Source of the DNA: an uncultured delta proteobacterium
GTDB lineage: Bacteria; Desulfobacterota; Binatia; UBA9968
Assembly (NCBI GenBank): GCA_963771465.1
Contig: CAVYTU010000012.1
Location: 1-64,000, forward strand
DNA length: 64,000 nt
Reading direction: 5' to 3'
The notes under the pieces are model-generated. The model did not search any database, was not told the DNA's origin, and saw only the letters and a program-made list of their open reading frames with translations. This document shows positions 54,308-64,000 of the stretch, piece after piece. The translations under genes were made by a program, and so were the position numbers. Positions within the stretch are counted from its first letter, which is position 1; each line of letters begins with the position of its first letter.

Positions 54308-55530
54308 TTGGCCCAACGAAACGAAATCGCGGCCATCTATGCTGCCGGTGTAATTCAAGGCGTGGCGCTCGTCACTTTTCCAGCAGCCAGCACGGTGTTC
54401 ACCAGCTCCAACGACTTCGGCCTATCGAGCACGGAATATGGCGGTATGTTTGTGCCCCAGGCGATCATGGCGATTGGTTCGTCGCTCTTGGGCGCGCGTT
54501 TGACGCGCGCTCTCGGCACCAAGCGCGTTTACCTGCTGGGCCTGGGCGCCAATGTACTGGCGATGGCGCTGCTTTTCTTGAGCCAATTCATAATGCACGA
54601 GCGCTCGCTTGCTTACAGCATCTTGCTGCGTGGCCACAGCTTGCATGGGTATCGGCTTCGGGCTAACGGTGCCGGCACTGAACACCTTTACCGCGGTGTT
54701 CTTTCCCTACAAGGTGGACACCGCCGTGCTGATACTGAACGCCATGCTAGGGCTAGGGACGATGCTGGCGCCGGTGTTTATCACCCTCTTCGTTGGCTTG
54801 GGCTTCTGGTGGGGGCTGCCTGTTCTCGTCAGCTGTGCTGGCCGCGGCGCTGCTATCGTTCAGCCTGCGCCTGCCTCTGCACGACGGAGCACAAACCCAC
54901 GGCGCGCGAGAGCCGAACAGCAAAGCGACGCTGCCAGCGCGGTACTGGGTCTTCGCCGCATTTGCCTTGCTCTACGGAGTTTGCGAAACGATAAACGGAA
55001 ACTGGGCCTCTCTCTACATGACGCAGAACCTCGGAGCGAGCACAACCTTGGGTTCCCTGGCCCTGACGATCTTCTGGGGCACTGTAACCGCCGGACGCAT
55101 TCTCTTCGCGGCCACCGGGCGATGGTTGCCTGAAGGCCGCACTTACCGGCTCTTGCCTTTCGTGGTGGCGCTCGCTCTTGTCATCGTCGCCTTCATCCCC
55201 AAGGAAAATCCGGTCCTTGGAATTCTAGCCTTTGGATTGGCGGGATTTGGCTGTTCGGCTCTACTGCCGTTGACCATCAGCTTCGGCCAGAAAGAACTAA
55301 CCCCTATCGCTGCTTCGGTTGCCGGCGGCTTGATCGCTTTTTATCAGATCGGCTACGGCATCGGAGCCTTCGGTGTCGGCCCATTGCAAAGCTGGGCTGG
55401 ATTGGATTTGGACGTCATCTTCGGCGCTACGGCGACCGCGGCGCTGGCGATGTCGGCGTTGTCCTTTGTCGTTGTTCGACCGTCGGCCGCCAGAATTCCA
55501 CTAACGGTTACAAAAGAGAAAATATCATGA
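54308..55530 (+). CDS. MFS transporter (frameshifts near 54628 and 54830)
   Basis: About 12 TM helices across frames; YAAGVIQG.ALVTFPAAS; LYG.CET..GNW. Confidence 0.85.
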
Positions 55531-55638
55531 AACTGAAAGGAGTGGCGCGGTGAAGGAACCACCGGCTGACAAATGCTCTATGCGTATCAATATCGATGAC
55601 CAGGAATCGAATCAAACCAGTAGATTGAGAACTCACGC

Positions 55639-58371
<2,733 letters not shown>

Positions 58372-58413
58372 CTTTGACATAAGCCGCATAAAATGAGATT
58401 GCGCTGAGGAAAA

Positions 58414-58857
58414 CTAGAAGTAACGGTGATCGCACTCCAGGGCCAATTCTCGAACATGCTTGGCAAGGAACATCGAAGCGTTTCGGTAGAAAATTAAACC
58501 GAAAGTCGGTCGCTCTGTAACCAATTGTGCCAGCTTATCGAAAGGTATCCGTACGAGCTGCGTGCGCTCCCGGACGACGGCCGAAGCGACTCGTTTATCG
58601 GAATGAAAAAAAGCCAGTTCGCCGAGGCTCTGGCCGCTTCCCATCGTGGCGAAGGGGATCTGTTTCCCTTGGGGAATAATGTCGACGGTACCCATCTCAA
58701 TGATAAAAATAGCATCGGAGTCTTGACCAGCGTCGTAAATTAGATTGCCCGCCGTAAGGTCTTTTTCCTCTGCGATTCCGGCCAGGGCGGAGAGATCGCT
58801 GGCCGCTATATCGCGAAACAAATAGGTATTCTTGATAAGGTCGAGTTTATTCATCAA
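58414..58857 (-). CDS. Stand-alone cyclic-nucleotide-binding domain protein
   Basis: LF, IFIIEMG.V, G.SLGELAF...RVASA. Confidence 0.88.
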   Translation of the reverse strand: MMNKLDLIKNTYLFRDIAASDLSALAGIAEEKDLTAGNLIYDAGQDSDAIFIIEMGTVDIIPQGKQIPFATMGSGQSLGELAFFHSDKRVASAVVRERTQLVRIPFDKLAQLVTERPTFGLIFYRNASMFLAKHVRELALECDHRYF

Positions 58858-59202
58858 CGATTATCCCCCAATTTCATTTTTGGTCCACTCGTGTTGCCAA
58901 GTGCCGATACGCCTTCGCGAGGGATCCATTTTTAAGTCTCGGTTGAATTGCGTACACCACCAAAGGCGACGATATCGGATCGACCATATATACCAAACGT
59001 CGGACGCTCTTCAACTTACTAAAAAGTAATGATGCGCCATTTGCCGAGTAGTAAAGAGTGGTGGCAAGACCTACAAACGACATCTCCTCCCGAACATCCC
59101 GGCGAGATTGAACTACTGAAGCGATGAAAAATTCAATTCAACGGAAGCAAACAGAGGCAAGATGTTAAACCCTATTTGGGGGCCCGGGGAGTGCTGCTTC
59201 GT

Positions 59203-59220
59203 ATTGGACTAAGGTCCAAT
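59203..59220 (+). promoter_or_regulatory. Palindromic operator (ATTGGAC-TAAG-GTCCAAT)
   Basis: Perfect, extended by one pair (TATTGGAC/GTCCAATA); TATGTG at 59243. Confidence 0.85.
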
Positions 59221-59469
59221 ATCTAAATGTTTGACCCTGGCATATGTGTGACTATGATCTAAAAAAAACTAACAATGACCGACCGCAATAACCGGTATGA
59301 GCGACAGCGGATTTCGCGGCGTAGTGCGGGAAGTAGAATAGCACATTAGTAAATGAGTGAACGAGTCAAAAATTAGTAGAGTTACGAAAGCGCAGATTAA
59401 CAAAATGTTCGGCGACGGTAATTCCCATACGGACATAAATCCAACCACCAAAACCCTACTGGACAATTC

Positions 59470-60300
59470 GTGAACGTAACTAGAGGCGAAATAACCGTCG
59501 GTAGATTCCTGATTCCATACCGGCTCTTTGGTCAAGGTAGCCGAATCTTGGTCTGTGTGAACGGTGCCCAGCAAACCATGGCGGCCTGGAGGCCTGTCGT
59601 AACCTATTTTTCAAAAGATTACAAATTATTGCTCTTCGATTTTCCCGGTCAGGGGCGAGCTCAAATCATCTTTGGTTCCGCCGTTGTTACCTTGGATGAG
59701 CAGGTCGAAGTCTTAAATCGAGTTCTCTCAGCACAAAATGCCCCTGACAAAGCGATCGTTGCCGGTGCCTCTTGGGGTGGGGTCGTGGTTGCGGCTTTTG
59801 CTTCGCGCTTTCCTCACTTAGTAGACAAAATCATATTGGCCAGTTTTGGCATCCGGGTAAACGAAAAGTTGGTGCAGGCGATTCGAGAAGGCCAACAATT
59901 GAATGGAACTGCAACCGGGGAACAGGTGGCCGATGTAATCATCAAGTACTTCGGACAGCATCTAAACGAAGCCTTCAAAAAGAGAATGCATGATCAATTT
60001 AAAAATATCAAAAAGGAGCATCTAGAGAATTTTCATGCGCATGGCCAGGTACTCAAAACGACCAAGCATATCAACGAAGTTGTCGACCTGCGTAGCATCA
60101 AAGCGCAGACACTAATTATCAATGGCGAAATGGATACCGTCATGGATTTCGACGATATTACGCTTGCGGCGGCCCAGATAGCGAATTGCGTGGTGAAAAT
60201 TGTACCGGGTGTGGGGCATTTCTTGCACAATGAGAGCGATGATGTCCTCGCTATTTATAGAGATTTTCTTTCCTTACCGTCGGAACTTCAACTGAGTTAG
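59470..60300 (+). CDS. Alpha/beta hydrolase-fold protein, RhlA/PhaG-like
   Basis: VNGA, LFDFPGQG, ASWGG, ING..D, G.GHFL..ES. Confidence 0.85.
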   Translation: MNVTRGEITVGRFLIPYRLFGQGSRILVCVNGAQQTMAAWRPVVTYFSKDYKLLLFDFPGQGRAQIIFGSAVVTLDEQVEVLNRVLSAQNAPDKAIVAGASWGGVVVAAFASRFPHLVDKIILASFGIRVNEKLVQAIREGQQLNGTATGEQVADVIIKYFGQHLNEAFKKRMHDQFKNIKKEHLENFHAHGQVLKTTKHINEVVDLRSIKAQTLIINGEMDTVMDFDDITLAAAQIANCVVKIVPGVGHFLHNESDDVLAIYRDFLSLPSELQLS

Positions 60301-60390
60301 GTTTAGTTATTTCTTTCAAAAGTGCGACGGTAGATAAAGTTCACGGGTGAAAGAGTCGAAATGACAAAGTAGCAGGAAGATCCTAGAGAA

Positions 60391-60774
60391 ATGAAAATTG
60401 CACTCAAACGGTCTGCTCGTTGGTGGCGCCGCGATGCCATCCACGTGGCGACACTTTTCTTGGCCGTGCTCCTGCAGGTCTCGGGCTGCGCCAGCGAGCC
60501 AGCTCCGTCCTACGCACCACCACCGAGTACTTTTGATCGCTCTTGGAGCGCCGCTATCGCGGCGGCGCGGGATGAGGGTGTGCAGATTCTTTCCGAAGAC
60601 CGGGCGAGCGGAGTCATCATCGGCAACAGAGGCGAACAGGAGGTCACGATCAACGTCCGCAATCAGGCGGACGGCAGTGTGCGCATGGAATTTGGCGCGC
60701 GAGGTCCAAAGGGCTCGGACCCCGGCTTGGCCGGTCGAGTCTCGCGGGCCTACGACCGGAGAATGGGGCGGTAG
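60391..60774 (+). CDS. Small hypothetical lipoprotein
   Basis: VSGC lipobox; FDRSW.AA..A; DRASG.I.G. Confidence 0.7.
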   Translation: MKIALKRSARWWRRDAIHVATLFLAVLLQVSGCASEPAPSYAPPPSTFDRSWSAAIAAARDEGVQILSEDRASGVIIGNRGEQEVTINVRNQADGSVRMEFGARGPKGSDPGLAGRVSRAYDRRMGR

Positions 60775-60876
60775 AGGCAAGAGTCGGCTGCCGAAAGAAT
60801 GAAGTTGACAGAGAGCAGATCGGTGAGAGCCGGTGGCGTTTGCGCTTATAGGCACCCGCCGAGCACGCGAGTGGGT

Positions 60877-60894
60877 GTTGGACCAAAGTCCAAT
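60877..60894 (+). promoter_or_regulatory. Palindromic operator (GTTGGAC-CAAA-GTCCAAT)
   Basis: Matches the other copies; TG-C-TAGCGT extended -10 at 60917. Confidence 0.85.
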
Positions 60895-61072
60895 AGTCGC
60901 AACCGTACGCGTTTGCTAGCGTGATGACGCGACGCACTCGTTCGGCATCGACGACGACCGCGGCCGCGGTTTAGCGAAGACCATTCTCTGCAGTTTACTA
61001 CGCCGATTTTTCCAGATATGTTTCTAAATTCTCAAAGGTGTTTGATGAGAGGAGGACGAACATGGTGAGGAT

Positions 61073-61801
61073 ATGATCGGCAAGTTATTCGGCGCATTGT
61101 TGTGTTTCGGTCTTGCCGCGTGCGGGCAAACGGGCATTCGAAAAGCGGTTCTGACTACGGAAAAAAATCTGCCACGGCCTTCGCGCATTCTTGTCTATGA
61201 TTTCGCCGTGAGTGAGCGCGAAATTACCGAGTATCAGGGAATCATGCGCCAGCAGCCGAGCATAAAGGATCCGGCCGAGCGCGAGCGACTGATCGCCCAG
61301 GAGGTGAAAGACGCGCTCGCCGAAGAAGTTGCCGATGGGTTGCGCAAGCTCGGATTTACCGTGGAGCGGGTCAGCCGCGCGACGACGGTGGCCGAAAACG
61401 AATTGCTCATCGATGGTCAATTTCTTACCGTGGAAGAGGGAAGTCCGCTGCGGCGTTTGGTGATCGGCTTTGGCTCCGGCAACTCGACCGTCAAGTCCCG
61501 TGCGCAGGTTTACCGGGGTGGAAGTTCCCGGAAGGTGCTTGAATTTACCACTCACTCGGATAGCGGCAGCCTGCCGGGTGCGGCGCCCATGCTTGGCGCT
61601 GGCGCGGCGGTGCAGGGGGGAGTCACCGCGGGGATGGTGGTTGCGAATACCGCCGTCTCGGGGGTCAAAACTTACAAATCGGATGTCGTGCGAATGGCCG
61701 CTGCCAGCGGCGATCACGTTGTGCGCTACCTCTCGGAGTTTTTCGCCCAACAGAGCTGGAACCGTGCGGATCAATGGCGCAAGGCGCGGATCGCGTACTG
61801 A
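61073..61801 (+). CDS. DUF4410-like lipoprotein
   Basis: LAAC lipobox; P.RILVYDF, EEG..LRR.VIGFG.G. Confidence 0.8.
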   Translation: MIGKLFGALLCFGLAACGQTGIRKAVLTTEKNLPRPSRILVYDFAVSEREITEYQGIMRQQPSIKDPAERERLIAQEVKDALAEEVADGLRKLGFTVERVSRATTVAENELLIDGQFLTVEEGSPLRRLVIGFGSGNSTVKSRAQVYRGGSSRKVLEFTTHSDSGSLPGAAPMLGAGAAVQGGVTAGMVVANTAVSGVKTYKSDVVRMAAASGDHVVRYLSEFFAQQSWNRADQWRKARIAY

Positions 61802-61887
61802 GCGGTTGCGCGATGGAAGACTCGTCGCGGCACCTTGTTCGGTGTTCCGGTCCGGATCATGATGCTAGTAGTTGACGCGGATTGATC

Positions 61888-63453
61888 ATGGCCAAACGAC
61901 TAAAAATCTGCCTCATCAATCCCAAGTTTGAACCTTCCTACTGGGGTTTCGAATATGCGTTGCCGCTTTATCCCGGCAACAAGAAATCTTCGATGATCAC
62001 CGGCGCGCTGCCCTATCTCGCCGGTCTAGTCCCAGAACACGAAGTCCGGTTACTCGACGAAAATGTCGAGGAGATTTTATGGCAGGAACTCGGTCATTAC
62101 GACATCGTCGGCGTGACTGGAATGAATGTGCAAAAGGATCGCATGCGGCAGATCCTGGAGAAGCTCCGGGAGATGAAGCTCTTCACCGTGGTGGGCGGTG
62201 CCTACGCTTCAGTCGACGAAAGCTATTTCGATGGTTTGTGCAGTGTTCTGTTCTCCGGAGAAGCCGATGAAACCTGGCCCGAATTTGTCCGCTGCTTCGC
62301 CGAAGGAAAAAACTACGACCGCCTTTACAAGCAACCGCATCCCACCGATATGACCACAGTCCCCAAGCCCCGCTTCGATCTTCTCAAGGTCGATCGTTAT
62401 GCTTCAGGGGCACTGCAGTTCTCCCGTGGTTGCCCATTTCAGTGCGAGTTCTGTGACATCATAGTCACCTTCGGCCGCCGCCCCCGCACTAAGCAGCCTG
62501 AACAAGTTATAGAGGAGCTCGACGAAATGCGCCGGGTGGGTTTTTACTCTTGTTTCATCGTCGATGACAATTTTATCGGTAATAAGAAAGCCGCCAAAGC
62601 GTTGCTTCGGCTGATCATCCCTTGGCAGCAAAAGAATGGCTATCCGTTGCGTTTGACCACTGAAGCGAGCGTCAACTTAGCCGACGATGCCGAGTTGCTC
62701 GAACTGCTCTACCAGGCCAATTTTCGCTCGGTGTTTGTCGGCATTGAAACTCCCCGGGTCGCTTCGCTCAATGAAACCAAGAAATTTCAAAACACCAGGG
62801 GAGACTCGCTAGAGGCCAAGCTGATCCGGATTCGCAACGCCGGCTTGGAAGTCAGCGCCGGATTCATCGTTGGTTTTGACAACGATGACGAAACGATCTT
62901 CGAAGATCAGTTTCGTTTCATCCAGGACAATGGAATCCTATTAGCGATGGTTGGCATGCTCACGGCGGTGCCTAAGACCCCGCTGTATGAACGGCTGGAA
63001 AAGGCCGGGCGGCTCAGGCTTGACGATCCCAACTGTAACATCGTCCCCGAGCAGATGACGCCGCAAGAACTCCAGCAAGGTTACTGGCAACTTCTCAAAC
63101 GGTTGTACGACCCGCAAGCCTTCTTCGACCGCTATTTCCAAGTCAATGAGTATCCCGATTTCAAGCGCCGGCGGGCGGAGATCAGCGTGCGGGCCAATGA
63201 AGGGAAGGCATTGCCGACCCTCGTGTATGGGCTGTTGTTGCTTCGGAGATTAATCGTCGCTCTCGTCAAAGAGCGCAGCTTGATGACGATCGGTGCGGTC
63301 TATTTCAGAAACTTCTTCCAACGCAGTCTACCGGTGCGCGCCGATATAATCGGTTTCGCGCAATTCATGAACCGCTGCGTGACCCATTGGCATTTCTACA
63401 AGTTTACCCGCGAAGGCACGGCCGGAAAACTGCGCTTGTTTAACTCCGGGTGA
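61888..63453 (+). CDS. B12-binding-domain radical SAM protein (DUF4070-type)
   Basis: SRGCPFQCEFCDI, DDNFIGN, TEASVNLA, VFVGIETP, GFIVGFDND. Confidence 0.92.
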   Translation: MAKRLKICLINPKFEPSYWGFEYALPLYPGNKKSSMITGALPYLAGLVPEHEVRLLDENVEEILWQELGHYDIVGVTGMNVQKDRMRQILEKLREMKLFTVVGGAYASVDESYFDGLCSVLFSGEADETWPEFVRCFAEGKNYDRLYKQPHPTDMTTVPKPRFDLLKVDRYASGALQFSRGCPFQCEFCDIIVTFGRRPRTKQPEQVIEELDEMRRVGFYSCFIVDDNFIGNKKAAKALLRLIIPWQQKNGYPLRLTTEASVNLADDAELLELLYQANFRSVFVGIETPRVASLNETKKFQNTRGDSLEAKLIRIRNAGLEVSAGFIVGFDNDDETIFEDQFRFIQDNGILLAMVGMLTAVPKTPLYERLEKAGRLRLDDPNCNIVPEQMTPQELQQGYWQLLKRLYDPQAFFDRYFQVNEYPDFKRRRAEISVRANEGKALPTLVYGLLLLRRLIVALVKERSLMTIGAVYFRNFFQRSLPVRADIIGFAQFMNRCVTHWHFYKFTREGTAGKLRLFNSG

Positions 63454-63498
63454 GAAGGCGTGCAAGTAGCCTGAATATTTCTTGAGACTCGAAAACGC

Positions 63499-64000
63499 AT
63501 GATGAAAGTCACGTTACGGGTATTAACTGGCGCAGCGATTATTGCGATAACAGTTTGGTGTGTCGGCGTTTTATATTTTTCGCCGCTGTTACCTGAATCT
63601 TGGCGCACGTTTGGCGCTGGCGGCTACGCAGCGCTTACGATTATGGCTTTTCTATTTCTGCCGCATCGTGGCAGAACCGTGCTCGGAGCTTTGGCGGCTT
63701 TCGGCATTTTAGTTTTTCTATTCTTGAGGATTCCCGCATCGAATACCCGTGATTGGCAGCCTGAGGTGGCGTATGCGCCTTATGCGACGACCATCAATGG
63801 TGACGTCATCACGATTCACAACCTGCGAAACTTCAACTATCGCACGGAAAACGATTTCGACGCGCGCTGGGAAGAGCGCACTTACGATCTCAGCAAGCTC
63901 GATTCAGTGGATATCATCGCGGTTTACTGGGCCGGGAAAGCCATTGCCCATGTGATGGTGAGCTTTGGTTTCGCGGGTAAAGATTACCTTACGGTGTCGA
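63499..64000 (+). CDS. DUF4105 (Lnb N-terminal periplasmic domain) membrane protein, truncated by the window end
   Basis: Open frame from ATG 63499: three TM helices then SNTRDWQPEV, TIHNLRNFNYR, YDLSKL, IAHVMVSFGF. Confidence 0.85.
   Translation, partial: MMKVTLRVLTGAAIIAITVWCVGVLYFSPLLPESWRTFGAGGYAALTIMAFLFLPHRGRTVLGALAAFGILVFLFLRIPASNTRDWQPEVAYAPYATTINGDVITIHNLRNFNYRTENDFDARWEERTYDLSKLDSVDIIAVYWAGKAIAHVMVSFGFAGKDYLTVS

Overview
GC-rich bacterial accessory region (overall style suggests a deltaproteobacterium-like soil/sediment organism; inference only) with about 55 genes, all but one on the + strand. There is no rRNA, tRNA, CRISPR array or transposase. From left to right: (1) a relic nrfA 3' end; (2) a selenocysteine formate dehydrogenase (FdnG with in-frame UGA and SECIS, an Fe-S subunit, an NrfD/HybB anchor and a diheme cytochrome); (3) a receiver-less LuxR/NarL HTH protein followed by a porin-cytochrome module (decaheme MtrA/MtoA, MtrB porin, NapC/CymA, small membrane protein, monoheme cytochrome c; no MtrC); (4) a fumarate/aspartate respiration block (Wolinella-type frdCAB with fumC inserted between frdA and frdB, aspA, three DASS/SLC13 carriers); (5) ion, water and lipid genes and carbohydrate genes (two GH63, GH13, SemiSWEET, zwf, GMC, MFS); (6) a damaged caa3 plus Rieske/cytochrome bc cluster; (7) an RhlA/PhaG-like hydrolase, lipoproteins, a B12 radical SAM protein and a DUF4105 protein. 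Two signals stand out. First, an 18-bp palindrome, RTTGGAC-YAAR-GTCCAAT (similar to the DosR box), occurs 6 times plus one degenerate copy, each in front of an operon. A -10-type TA sits exactly 23 nt after the last base at all six strong sites (24 nt at the degenerate one), which points to an undescribed anaerobic regulon. Second, several intergenic patchworks are made of fragments of synonymously diverged homologues of neighbouring genes. Many genes carry single indels that look like long-read sequencing errors.
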